Below, one piece after another: positions 29,793-39,007 of a stretch of DNA of 64,000 bases. Source of the stretch: Candidatus Cloacimonadota bacterium. GTDB taxonomy: Bacteria; Cloacimonadota; Cloacimonadia; JGIOTU-2. The position numbers were made by a program, and so were the translations under genes. Position 1 is the first letter of the stretch. Each line of letters opens with the position of its first letter. The stretch covers positions 64,001 through 128,000 of the forward strand of contig JBNGBT010000003.1 in NCBI GenBank assembly GCA_049903315.1, in the 5' to 3' direction. The notes beneath the pieces were generated by a model, which searched no databases, was not told where the DNA came from, and saw only the letters and a program-made list of their open reading frames with translations.

Positions 29793-30806
29793 TTATTTCT
29801 CCTCTTTTGAATCGGTCATAATTTTTCTGCGGAAATAGGATTTCGCAAGAGAGAATCGATAGAACAGACCTGCTGGATCGACAATCTGGTCAAGGAGTTT
29901 CTGAACATGAGCTTCACTCATATCCTCCTCGCCTTCCAGTCCTACTACAGAAGCGAGGGCAGCGATCATTTTCGCGCCGACATCATGTACTTCTGAGGGT
30001 GGTCCATAGCAGCCCCTGCACGGCATATTTGCTGTAATACAGCGTCCGTCATTCTCTCCATTACAGCCCGAACGGGTGACAGGACCCATGCAAATGATCC
30101 CCTGTGCAAGAAAGCATTTTTCGGGATCTACTTGTACTAATGAGACACGATTTATTTTATCCAGAGATAGTTTTTCCGGTTTAGTTTCATTTCTGGAGCA
30201 TACTTCGCAGAGCGCTTTGTTTGGAGCGAGAACTGTTCCTTTTGGAGGTAGATCTCCGGATAAGATCGTTTTGATTGCACGCATGGTGAGATAGGGAGCA
30301 GGAGAACAGCCCGGGAGATAGTAATCCACATCAATGACTTGATCGGTCGCTTTCACCGTGTTGTGGAATTTTGGAAGCGTGAGTTCACCCTCTGGTACTT
30401 CGGATAGCTCTTGTGGGACAACGCCATCTGGATTATCAACAGAGGGGCATTTGCCCCCATAGGATGAAGCGAAAATAGATTCCCTATCCCAGAAATTTGC
30501 AAGACCAGGTATGCCGCCAAGCTGCGAACAGGATCCGAAAGAAATAATGAGTTGCGCTTTCTTACGAAGCAGTTTTGCCATCTCTTCCTGCTCGTCTGTA
30601 CGAATAGCTCCATTTATAAAGCATACAGTGATCTCATTATCCTGCATGTTTTTTACATCTGATGTCTTGAAATCCATCGCACAGGGCCAGAATACTATAT
30701 CGATGAGCTCAGCAACTTTCAATATATCCTCATGCAGATCAACGATCGCTTCTTCGCATCCACCACAGGATGCGCACCAATAAAAACCAACTTTTGGCTT
30801 TGCCAT
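29793..30806 (-). CDS. mvhG: [NiFe]-hydrogenase small subunit, MvhG type
   Basis: WCASCGGCEE, FGSCSQLGG, LPGCSP and CFLAQGIICMGPVTRSGC...CRGCYGP. No Tat signal, so cytoplasmic. Confidence 0.92.
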   Translation of the reverse strand: MAKPKVGFYWCASCGGCEEAIVDLHEDILKVAELIDIVFWPCAMDFKTSDVKNMQDNEITVCFINGAIRTDEQEEMAKLLRKKAQLIISFGSCSQLGGIPGLANFWDRESIFASSYGGKCPSVDNPDGVVPQELSEVPEGELTLPKFHNTVKATDQVIDVDYYLPGCSPAPYLTMRAIKTILSGDLPPKGTVLAPNKALCEVCSRNETKPEKLSLDKINRVSLVQVDPEKCFLAQGIICMGPVTRSGCNGENDGRCITANMPCRGCYGPPSEVHDVGAKMIAALASVVGLEGEEDMSEAHVQKLLDQIVDPAGLFYRFSLAKSYFRRKIMTDSKEEK

Positions 30807-30824
30807 TAAACCTCCAAAAATATT

Positions 30825-31263
30825 AAACCACGAATTAACACAGATTTTCTCGAATTATAAAATGATTCTTTCATATTGCAGACTCTGTGAATGAAAGTTC
30901 AAAATAATTGCTAAACGCAATCCGGTGGCTTTTAAATAATTAAGTGCTTGAGCTTTATGAATATCAGTTATTTGCTCAACAGTTTTTAATTCTAATATGA
31001 CTTTATTCTCCACAAGAATATCTGCAAAATAGCTGCCAACATTCTCATTTCTAAACATGACATTTATTTGTTTTTGTTGTTCAGCTTCAATTCCTTCCTT
31101 TCGAAATAGAACCATCATAGCATTTTCATAAACCTTTTCTAAGAAACCCGGTCCGAGTTCTCTATGAACACTCATAGCGACACCTATTATTTTGAACGAA
31201 AGATTTTTAAAAAGAAGTTTTTCTTTTTGCACATTAGTGTCCATTCGAGTTAATCCGTGGTTT
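30825..31263. mobile_element. Inverted-repeat-bounded GxxExxY cassette inserted in the operon
   Basis: Left end AAACCACGAATTAACACAGATTTTCTCGAAT and right end ATTAGTGTCCATTCGAGTTAATCCGTGGTTT are imperfect inverted copies built from ~10-nt units. Confidence 0.6.
30855..31244 (-). CDS. GxxExxY protein
   Basis: VHRELGPGFLEKVYENA, ADILVENKVILELK and QALNYLKATGLRLAIILNF. Confidence 0.92.
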   Translation of the reverse strand: MDTNVQKEKLLFKNLSFKIIGVAMSVHRELGPGFLEKVYENAMMVLFRKEGIEAEQQKQINVMFRNENVGSYFADILVENKVILELKTVEQITDIHKAQALNYLKATGLRLAIILNFHSQSLQYERIIL

Positions 31264-31265
31264 CT

Positions 31266-32933
31266 TTATCTTAATGTTCCTTGATATTCAGTAGTATGTT
31301 GACGTTCTTTTACAGAAGAGGGAGTATAATCTGGTAGCACCATTGGGGAGATATGTTTTTTATCTACTCCGATCTTTTGAACTTCCTTATCATATTCGGT
31401 GATATGGGAAAGGGTCAATGCACCAGTTTTAATTTTCTTTGCGTACTGCGCCGCATAAATACCAGCGCGACGTCCGAAGACAATGAGATCTAGTTGAGAA
31501 TTTCCCATCAAACGATTACGACCATGAATGCCGCCTGCTGCTTCACCAGCAACAAAAAGACCATTAACTTTTGTTTCACAATGATCATTTATTTCTATTC
31601 CGCCGTTCTGGTAATGAAGTGTAGGGTACACAAGGATGGGATCCTGGGTAATGTCAACATCAAATCGCTCGAACTGACGAAGCATAGCGGGCAGGTTTTT
31701 CTTTATTGTGCCTGATCCGCTTATTTTTTCTATTAGCGGCGAGTCAAGCCAGATACCGACCTGACCACCTGGTGTTGGGATACCCAGGTCGCGAGCTGTG
31801 CATTCCCGAATGAACGATGATGCTTCAATATCACGTGGTTCAAGAGGATGAACAAATAAATCACCATTTTTATTTACTGGCTGTGCACCGAGTCCACGAA
31901 GTTTTTCCGTGCAGAGAAATCCAAGAATTTGTGGAGGATACACGGCACCTGTCGGATGATATTGCACCGAATCCATGTACAACAGATTTGCTCCAGCGCG
32001 ATATGCGATTACAAGCCCGTCCGCAGTTGCGCCGTAATGATTGGTCGTTTCAAATCCCTTCACATGAAGGCGCCCAAAGCCACCAGTTGCAATGATAGTA
32101 GCTTTGGCTTTAACTGTGTAATAGTTCCTATTTTCGAGATGGTACAGCACTGCACCTGCGACATTTCCCTTATCGTCTTTAATCAGTTCAACTGCTGGCT
32201 GATGCTCGAGAATCTTAATTTTATCAGGCCTGTTAAGTATCTCATCACGGATAGTTCTGCAAATCGCTGCGCCAGTGTAGTCCCGGGCAGAATGCATACG
32301 GGGACGGCATGTGCCGCCGCCTGGTTTTGTGAGCATTGTTCCTTCTTCAGTCCTGTCAAACATAACACCGAGATCCTGAAGCCAGTGTATCGCATCTGGA
32401 GCTTCTGAGACCAATGCTTTGACCAGTGCGGGGACATTATCAAAGTGTCCGCCACCCATCACATCGAGATAATGAAGGATAGGATTGTCATCAGGAAGAA
32501 CTGCTGCCTGGATTCCACCCTGAGCCATCATTGAGTTGGAATCCCCGATTCGAAGCTTTGTAACGAGAAGGACATCCGCTCCGTTTTCTGCTGCGAGAAG
32601 TGATGCGGAAAAACCAGCAGAACCTGCCCCAATAACGAGGACATCGGTTTCATAGTCAGGATGTTTCAGGTCGAAAAAGTTCGGCTTGATCCTCGAATAA
32701 GCCTCGAGTTGATCAACGACTTCGGTCGTAATAGTCTCGCCTTTGTTCGGTCCGATACGCACTTTTTTGCGTGCATCTTTCTTATAGTCAGGATGGAAAT
32801 TATCAAGCACTTCCTGCCGTTCTTCCGCAGACATCATCGGGAAGATCGATTTACCTGAACGTGCGAGTTTCAATCGCTCCGGTCGTGTTTTTTCGACTTT
32901 TCTGATCGATTTGCGCATATATTCTGGATACAT
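31266..32933 (-). CDS. Soluble fumarate-reductase/SdhA-family flavoprotein (TfrA-like)
   Basis: VIGAGSAG FAD loop, SNSMMAQGG, IIATGGFG, QYHPTG, EKLRGLG, PRD, HYQNGG, AGE and NRLMGNS. Confidence 0.85.
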   Translation of the reverse strand: MYPEYMRKSIRKVEKTRPERLKLARSGKSIFPMMSAEERQEVLDNFHPDYKKDARKKVRIGPNKGETITTEVVDQLEAYSRIKPNFFDLKHPDYETDVLVIGAGSAGFSASLLAAENGADVLLVTKLRIGDSNSMMAQGGIQAAVLPDDNPILHYLDVMGGGHFDNVPALVKALVSEAPDAIHWLQDLGVMFDRTEEGTMLTKPGGGTCRPRMHSARDYTGAAICRTIRDEILNRPDKIKILEHQPAVELIKDDKGNVAGAVLYHLENRNYYTVKAKATIIATGGFGRLHVKGFETTNHYGATADGLVIAYRAGANLLYMDSVQYHPTGAVYPPQILGFLCTEKLRGLGAQPVNKNGDLFVHPLEPRDIEASSFIRECTARDLGIPTPGGQVGIWLDSPLIEKISGSGTIKKNLPAMLRQFERFDVDITQDPILVYPTLHYQNGGIEINDHCETKVNGLFVAGEAAGGIHGRNRLMGNSQLDLIVFGRRAGIYAAQYAKKIKTGALTLSHITEYDKEVQKIGVDKKHISPMVLPDYTPSSVKERQHTTEYQGTLR

Positions 32934-32957
32934 ATCTATTCTCCTAAACTTTTAAAT

Positions 32958-33644
32958 TTATCCTGTTTTAATATCGCGATCATAATATCGCTTTTTTATG
33001 GTTTCTGCATCAGATTTCTCGAGTTTTTGAAGTTCATCTTCATACAGTCCCTCTGCAATTTCTTTAACTCGATTTTCAAGGTCTGGGCTTTTGGGAAGAA
33101 GATACTTTCCTGTAAGACGGCGAGCAAGGATGGCTGCATTATATTGTACGATTTCTGCAGGGCATCTCAGCGCACATAATCCACAGCGGATACAGTCAAA
33201 TGAAAGATCTGCTGCTCTGGCAACATCACCCCGGATAAGTGCCTGCACATAATCCATCACTTCGATATCCTGAGGGCATATCTTCGTACAAGTATTGCAT
33301 CCCACACATCTGAACAGTGTCGGATAAAGTGTTTTGAAAGCATCGATATCAGGATCAACTTTATTAATATCGTAAATGGACTTTTCGGCAGGAACAAACG
33401 GAATCTGAGCGATGTTCATTCCGTCTGTGACAACAGTCTGGCATGCAAGACCTGCCTGCAATTTATAGTCACCCTTTTCTCTATACAAGGTTCCGCATGC
33501 ACCACAAAAACCTTCTCGACAACCGACACCAACCGTCAGCTGAAAGCCTGCATACTCCAATGCACCGATTATGGTTGACCCTTCTGGCACATCAAAACCT
33601 TCCCCTAAAATATATACTTTCACCATGGGAACGTTCTTAGGCAT
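32958..33644 (-). CDS. Fe-S subunit ([2Fe-2S] + 2x[4Fe-4S]) of the fumarate-reductase-like enzyme
   Basis: GCREGFCGAC...LACQT, CVGCNTCTKICP and CIRCGLCALRCP. Confidence 0.85.
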   Translation of the reverse strand: MPKNVPMVKVYILGEGFDVPEGSTIIGALEYAGFQLTVGVGCREGFCGACGTLYREKGDYKLQAGLACQTVVTDGMNIAQIPFVPAEKSIYDINKVDPDIDAFKTLYPTLFRCVGCNTCTKICPQDIEVMDYVQALIRGDVARAADLSFDCIRCGLCALRCPAEIVQYNAAILARRLTGKYLLPKSPDLENRVKEIAEGLYEDELQKLEKSDAETIKKRYYDRDIKTG

Positions 33645-33749
33645 TATGATTCCTCCTGCTATTTATAATAATCGTTGAAACATAAAAACTGCACATTGCA
33701 AAGTCTACATTCATTTATTCAGTCCTTTCGATATCATGACTAATTTTGT

Positions 33750-34166
33750 TCATGTACAATCAATCTTAGGAATTGGACCTAATTTCTTGATTTGTTCAGT
33801 AAATTCTTTCATGCTGTTTGCAAATTTTTTTCCTTCGCTTGCAGATATCCATTCCAGTCGAAGACGATTGGGATTCAACCCGAGTTGTTCCAGTACTTTT
33901 TTCAGCAATATCACTCTTCTTTTCGTTTTATAATTACCACTTTGATAATGACAGTCACCGGGATGACATCCGCCTATGAATACACCGTCGCATCCTTTGC
34001 TGAATGCAAGGAGTACATGCTGCGGATCTACACGTGACGAGCAGAGTGTTTTTATCACCACGCCATTTGGCGGATATTTCATGCGTGATGTGCCGGCAAG
34101 GTCTGCACCGGAATAGGTACACCATTTACATAAGAAACAGACAATTTTTGGTTCAAAATCTTTCAT
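33750..34166 (-). CDS. mvhD: Hydrogenase iron-sulfur subunit MvhD
   Basis: FEPKIVCFLCKWCTYSGADLAG, CSSRVDP, GCHPGDCHY and WISASEG. The start is set at MKDFEP (34166). Confidence 0.93.
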   Translation of the reverse strand: MKDFEPKIVCFLCKWCTYSGADLAGTSRMKYPPNGVVIKTLCSSRVDPQHVLLAFSKGCDGVFIGGCHPGDCHYQSGNYKTKRRVILLKKVLEQLGLNPNRLRLEWISASEGKKFANSMKEFTEQIKKLGPIPKIDCT

Positions 34167-34200
34167 GAGATTTCCTACCCCACATGTATATTGGGCGAGC

Positions 34201-36156
34201 TTAAATGCCGCTCGCAATTATCTTGATCATATTATCAATCTGATTATCAGTAAGATTTTTCTGCTGCGCAGCGCCGGAAGGACATGCGCTGATACACGCG
34301 CCGCAACCTTCACAGAGTATTTCGTTCACTTCCACGATTTTGGAAACTTGGTTCAATTTTCGTGCGCCGTACGGGCAGGTTCCCACACAAATCGTACAAC
34401 CGGAGCAAAGGTCTTCATCAACAGATGCTATTATTGGCGAGTGATAGATCTTGTCGCTAGACAACAGAATAAGGGCTTTCGCAGCAGCACCAGAAGCCTG
34501 TGATACAGAATCGGGAATGTCACGAGGTCCCTGCGAAGTCCCTGCAAAATAAAATCCAGCTTGCAGACTTTCTACAGGACGCAATTTCGGATGAGCTTCA
34601 GTTAGGAATCCCTTATCATCAGTGTTGATCTTCAGATTTTTTACGAGATCATGAGAACCCTCGCTTGGCACGATTCCCATTGCAAGAACAACGAGATCGG
34701 CTTTTACTTCGATCTTTTTTCCGCTGAGCGTATCCATACCCATTACGATCATTTTGTCGCCTTCTTTATATATCTTAGCTACTTTACCACGGATATAGAG
34801 GATACCTTCTTCGGACACTGCCTGCTGGACAAATTCCTCATAACGTTTACCTCCTGCCCTGATATCAATGTAAAAGATATAGGGCTGTCCGTTGTGGATC
34901 TTGTGTTTATAAAGTTTCGCATGCTTGAGCGTGTACATGCAGCAAATTTTCGAGCAATAGGAAAGATGATGTTCCGGATCGCGGGAACCGGAGCATTGGA
35001 CAAAGACTATCTCTTTCGGAACTTTGCCGTCAGAGGGTCGATATATTTCACCGCCTGTTGGACCCGTTGCAGAGAGGATTCTCTCGAACTGCAAACTTGT
35101 AATTACATCCGGATATTTTCCATATCCATATTCTGGGATTTTTTCGACAGGATAAAGGTCAAAACCGGTTGCTACAATTACTGCACCTATTTCTTCTTCA
35201 ATAATAGTCTCTTTTGCATCATAATTTATTGCTTCCGCAGTACATTTCTCACGACATTTTCCGCATGCAATAGGTTCTAAGCCGAGGCAATTTTCCACAT
35301 CAAGTGTATAGGTTGCAGGGATTGCTTGCGGGAATGGAATATAAATTGCCTTACGCCATTCGAGTCCTTCCTCTTGCTCGCTTGGAACGAGCACGGGGCA
35401 CACCTCAGTGCAATCGTCACAGAGATTGCATTTAGCAGGATCAACATATAGTGCTTTACGCTTGATCTTTACATTAAAATTACCAATATATCCGTTAATG
35501 CTTTCCACTTCGCTATTTACATAGAGTTTGATATTTTTATGTTTGCTCAATGCCACCATTTTCGGAGTAAGAATGCACTGGGAGCAGTCGAGTGTGGGGA
35601 AGGTTTCAGAAAGCTGTATCATGTGCCCGCCGATTGAAGGCTTCTTTTCGACCATTATTACTTTGAAGCCTGCATCTGCAATATCAAGTGCTGCTTGGAT
35701 ACCGGAAATACCTCCGCCTATAACAAGAGCTTTCTTTGTAACAGGAGCAGAAACAGGATAAAGGGATTCATTCAGTTTAAGTTTTTCAATACCTGTTTTA
35801 ATGATCAATTTTGCTTTATGTGTTCCCTGCTCGATGTCGTTATGGACCCAACTGCATTGCTCGCGGATATTCGCGATCTCCATCTGGTATTCATTAAGAC
35901 CGGATTCCTTCATTACAGTCTGGAACGTGGATTCGTGTAAGGTCGGGGAGCATGCAGCAACGACCACACCGCCCAGTTTGTGTTCTTGGATTGCATTCTT
36001 AATATGATTCTGTCCGGGATCTGAGCACATGAACATATAGTTTTCAATATAGGTAACTCCCGGATAATCAAGCAGTTCTTCGGTGAGTCTTTCGACATCA
36101 ACTGTATCTTTAATGTTTATACCGCAATGGCAAATAAAAACGCCGATTCTTTTCAT
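34201..36156 (-). CDS. hdrA: Heterodisulfide reductase subunit A (flavin-based electron-bifurcating)
   Basis: GVFICHCGINI, VAACSP, ANIREQCSWVH, IGGGISG, TFPTLDCSQCILTPKM, an inserted ferredoxin, YCSKICCMY and a C-terminal 2x[4Fe-4S]. Confidence 0.96.
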   Translation of the reverse strand: MKRIGVFICHCGINIKDTVDVERLTEELLDYPGVTYIENYMFMCSDPGQNHIKNAIQEHKLGGVVVAACSPTLHESTFQTVMKESGLNEYQMEIANIREQCSWVHNDIEQGTHKAKLIIKTGIEKLKLNESLYPVSAPVTKKALVIGGGISGIQAALDIADAGFKVIMVEKKPSIGGHMIQLSETFPTLDCSQCILTPKMVALSKHKNIKLYVNSEVESINGYIGNFNVKIKRKALYVDPAKCNLCDDCTEVCPVLVPSEQEEGLEWRKAIYIPFPQAIPATYTLDVENCLGLEPIACGKCREKCTAEAINYDAKETIIEEEIGAVIVATGFDLYPVEKIPEYGYGKYPDVITSLQFERILSATGPTGGEIYRPSDGKVPKEIVFVQCSGSRDPEHHLSYCSKICCMYTLKHAKLYKHKIHNGQPYIFYIDIRAGGKRYEEFVQQAVSEEGILYIRGKVAKIYKEGDKMIVMGMDTLSGKKIEVKADLVVLAMGIVPSEGSHDLVKNLKINTDDKGFLTEAHPKLRPVESLQAGFYFAGTSQGPRDIPDSVSQASGAAAKALILLSSDKIYHSPIIASVDEDLCSGCTICVGTCPYGARKLNQVSKIVEVNEILCEGCGACISACPSGAAQQKNLTDNQIDNMIKIIASGI

Positions 36157-36165
36157 TATAATCCT

Positions 36166-37044
36166 TTACATTAAACCTTTTTCTTTAAGCAGGGGCTCGG
36201 GATTGACATAATGTAGTTTCTTCCAGTCCTTATTCCATTTCTGCCCAAGTGCAATTGCCATGAGTTCTGTAAAATAGAAAACAGGCATGGGTGTAAATTC
36301 CAAAAATTCTTTAGATGTTTCTTTCTGTCGCTGATCGAGGTTGAATGCACATAGCGGACAGCTTGTGATAAGTGCTTCACAACCAGCATCGCGTGCGGAG
36401 TTTATGATCTCATAAGTCCTTTTTACCGTCACATCTGTTTCGATAATGGTTTGATATGCTCCGCAGCATTCCAGCCGGTAAGGAAATACAACACCCTCGC
36501 CGCCAAGTGTATTCACAAGCTCTTCCATAATAGTGGGATCTTCATAATCATCTATTGCAAGTTCTTTCGGGCGTACAAGAAGGCATCCGTAATATGCGCC
36601 GATCTTCATATCTTTAAGGGGTTTTGTAATCTTTTCCTTGATTCCCTCAAAAGTAATTCTATTCTTGAGAATGCTCAGAAGATGCACAACATCTGTCGTC
36701 CCCTTGAATTTTGAATCTTCTTTGTACATGAAGTCATTGACTTTACGCAGATTTTCTTCATCATTAAGAATGAATTCCTTTGCCCTTTTCAGTGTATTAT
36801 AGCACATACTGCACAAAGTTACAAGTTCATCATATCCCTGATTCTCAGCGCGGAGAAGATTTCTGATCGAAGAAAGCTGAAGCATGAGGTCATCTGTCGT
36901 CATTGAGAATACAGTGCCGCAACAGATCCAATTTTCCATCTCTTCTAACGGTTGTCCGAGCACTTCCATGACTTGCATAGCGGATTCTTCAAAATGCTTG
37001 GCATTTGTCTTCAGAGTGCAACCCGGGAAATATCCAAGTTTCAT
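36166..37044 (-). CDS. hdrB: Heterodisulfide reductase subunit B (two CCG domains)
   Basis: YFPGCT...WICCG...LCSMC and YYGCLL...ECCG...SCPLC. Confidence 0.92.
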   Translation of the reverse strand: MKLGYFPGCTLKTNAKHFEESAMQVMEVLGQPLEEMENWICCGTVFSMTTDDLMLQLSSIRNLLRAENQGYDELVTLCSMCYNTLKRAKEFILNDEENLRKVNDFMYKEDSKFKGTTDVVHLLSILKNRITFEGIKEKITKPLKDMKIGAYYGCLLVRPKELAIDDYEDPTIMEELVNTLGGEGVVFPYRLECCGAYQTIIETDVTVKRTYEIINSARDAGCEALITSCPLCAFNLDQRQKETSKEFLEFTPMPVFYFTELMAIALGQKWNKDWKKLHYVNPEPLLKEKGLM

Positions 37045-37110
37045 ACGTTTGTTCCTTTAATAATTTTCATACAAACTAATATAATTATTTTTAATATTCA
37101 TCATCAACTT

Positions 37111-37518
37111 CTAACCTGTAAGTTTGCGAAATGCGCTGACCAATGCAATTTGCGGAAGGTCTTTCAGCTCTTTTGATGAAAGGTCTTCGGGTTTAAGTGT
37201 ACCCCCCCGCTGGCGAAGATTGATAGTGCGAAGCGCTTCCATAACTTGTGCAACCTCTATGCCTTTTGGACAGCGTGTCGAGCACTGCAGGCATGTCGAG
37301 CATATCCAGATAGTTTTTGAGTTAAGTAATTCATCGACGCAGCCGAGTTGAGCAAGACGAATAACCTGGTTGGGAGGTAAGTCCATGTAATCAGTAACAG
37401 GGCAGCCGGACGAACAAATTCCGCATTGATAACAATCAAATACATTCTGTCCGGAGATTTCTTCAATTTTATCAACAAGAGAATTCTTTATATTTTCGCG
37501 GGTGATCTTTAAACTCAT
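37111..37518 (-). CDS. hdrC: Heterodisulfide reductase subunit C
   Basis: CYQCGICSSGCP and IWICSTCLQCSTRCPKG. Adjacent to hdrB. Confidence 0.9.
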   Translation of the reverse strand: MSLKITRENIKNSLVDKIEEISGQNVFDCYQCGICSSGCPVTDYMDLPPNQVIRLAQLGCVDELLNSKTIWICSTCLQCSTRCPKGIEVAQVMEALRTINLRQRGGTLKPEDLSSKELKDLPQIALVSAFRKLTG

Positions 37519-38057
37519 TATTGTTCCTCATTATAATCATAACCTGCCTGAAATGCTTTCATGTTCAGGTCTTTGAATTTACTGGGTACAGAATCAGAGA
37601 TAGCTTCCTTCATTGCATCAGGAGATACTATCTTTGCCTGTTTTGTTGCGAATCCCAGCATAACTATGTTTGCCACGATCTTTTTACCAAGTTCTTCAGC
37701 AAGACGGGTTGCAGGAATTCCTTTTGCAATAAAATCTTTATGTGACTGTATCTTCTCCACAAGATCAGTATCATACAAAAGGATACCGCCATTTTTCAGG
37801 ATCGGAAGAAAGGTATCATATCCTTCCTGGGACATTGCAAGGAGAACATCGGCACTATCAACAAGCGGGTATTCAACATTTTGGGATGAAATGACAACCT
37901 GCGAGCTACAAGCGCCACCACGAGCTTCCGGTCCGTATGCCTGGGTCATGGAAGAGTGTTTCTGATCATATATTGAAGCTGCTTTTCCAACAATGAAGGC
38001 TGAGAGGATAATGCCCTGTCCGCCAAATCCTGATATTTTAACTCTGAGTTCGCTCAT
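37518..38057 (-). CDS. korC: 2-oxoacid:ferredoxin oxidoreductase gamma subunit
   Basis: SGFGGQGII, YGPEARGGAC and NIVMLG. Substrate (2-oxoglutarate) inferred from context. Confidence 0.85.
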   Translation of the reverse strand: MSELRVKISGFGGQGIILSAFIVGKAASIYDQKHSSMTQAYGPEARGGACSSQVVISSQNVEYPLVDSADVLLAMSQEGYDTFLPILKNGGILLYDTDLVEKIQSHKDFIAKGIPATRLAEELGKKIVANIVMLGFATKQAKIVSPDAMKEAISDSVPSKFKDLNMKAFQAGYDYNEEQ

Positions 38058-38074
38058 GTATTGCTCCTGACAAA

Positions 38075-39007
38075 TTAAAAATCTCTACTTGCTGTATATT
38101 TTCGATCTTTTCTATGTGTAATTTTTCTGGAATTGCTTTGCATCTCTTCCCAGTTTGAAAACTTTGCTAACCGGGTTTTAATACCAGCCTGGACATTTTC
38201 CCAGAAAGTGGGTCTGTCTTCATTTACAAATTCACCACACACGATCTCATTATCCATGCTGAGAGGTATTTGTGTTGGGTCAGCTTCATGGTTTATAATA
38301 GCTCGTGTCTGGAATTCTTTAAGCAGATCCAGCCCTGTTCCACCCTTATTTTTACGCGCAAAAACCGTTGCACAGGGAGAGACTATCTCTATAAAGCAGA
38401 AACCTTTTTTGTTGGCAGCCCTCGCAATTGAATCTGTCAAACGACGGGCATGCATTGTGGTCCAGCGAGCTACATAACTTGCGCCTGCAGCAGCTGCAAG
38501 CCCAACCAGATTAAAGGGCATCTCATAGTTGCCGTATGGAGCGGTCGAACTATAAGCGCCAAGTGGAGTAGTAGGGGCGTTTTGCCCACCGGTCATGCCA
38601 TATATGAAATTGTTCACACAGATCACATTAATATCTACATTTCTTCTTGCTGCATGGATGAGATGGTTTCCACCGATTGCAAAGAGGTCACCGTCCCCAG
38701 AAAATACAAATACTGTAAGATCGCGATTTGCGAGTTTCAGCCCTGTCGCAAAAGGTATTGCTCGACCGTGAGTCGTATGATAAGAATCAAGCCGAAGATA
38801 GCCGGCAACTCGACCGGTACAGCCGATGCCCGACACTATTGCTGTTTTATCATAAGACACGCCTGCTTTTTTCAAACCTTCTATAAAGGTTGTCACTGCT
38901 GAGCCAAGCCCACACCCGGAGCACCAGATATGAGGCATTCTATCCATTCTCAGGAGATCTTCCATTGGATGGGATATTTCTTGTATTTGAGCTGTATTAT
39001 TTGCCAT
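38075..39007 (-). CDS. korB: 2-oxoacid:ferredoxin oxidoreductase beta (TPP-binding) subunit
   Basis: WCSGCG, SGIGC, HTTHGRA, GDGDLFAIGGNH and NNFIYGMTGGQ. The start is set at MANNT (39007), overlapping the alpha gene end. Confidence 0.88.
   Translation of the reverse strand: MANNTAQIQEISHPMEDLLRMDRMPHIWCSGCGLGSAVTTFIEGLKKAGVSYDKTAIVSGIGCTGRVAGYLRLDSYHTTHGRAIPFATGLKLANRDLTVFVFSGDGDLFAIGGNHLIHAARRNVDINVICVNNFIYGMTGGQNAPTTPLGAYSSTAPYGNYEMPFNLVGLAAAAGASYVARWTTMHARRLTDSIARAANKKGFCFIEIVSPCATVFARKNKGGTGLDLLKEFQTRAIINHEADPTQIPLSMDNEIVCGEFVNEDRPTFWENVQAGIKTRLAKFSNWEEMQSNSRKITHRKDRKYTASRDF

Noticed and set aside
31266..32933. Calling the flavoprotein L-aspartate oxidase (NadB) or canonical SdhA
   Set aside because: It is paired with an SdhB-like FeS gene and lies among fumarase and sucCD genes, with no nadA/nadC nearby. 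It lacks the NadB EGGHS-type segment, and also lacks the covalent-FAD His and membrane anchors of Sdh.
34167..34217. ORF-track N-terminal extensions (mvhD from 34217, OFOR beta from 39097, paralog 2 from 52175, CPBP from 54418)
   Set aside because: They overlap upstream genes, terminators or promoters. Downstream ATGs with RBS-like sequences match the family N-termini better.
28323..37518. Selenocysteine recoding in MvhA, MvhD or HdrA
   Set aside because: All three are uninterrupted ORFs with Cys at the positions that can be Sec (DPCMAC, CKWCTY, LDCSQC). No in-frame TGA is needed.
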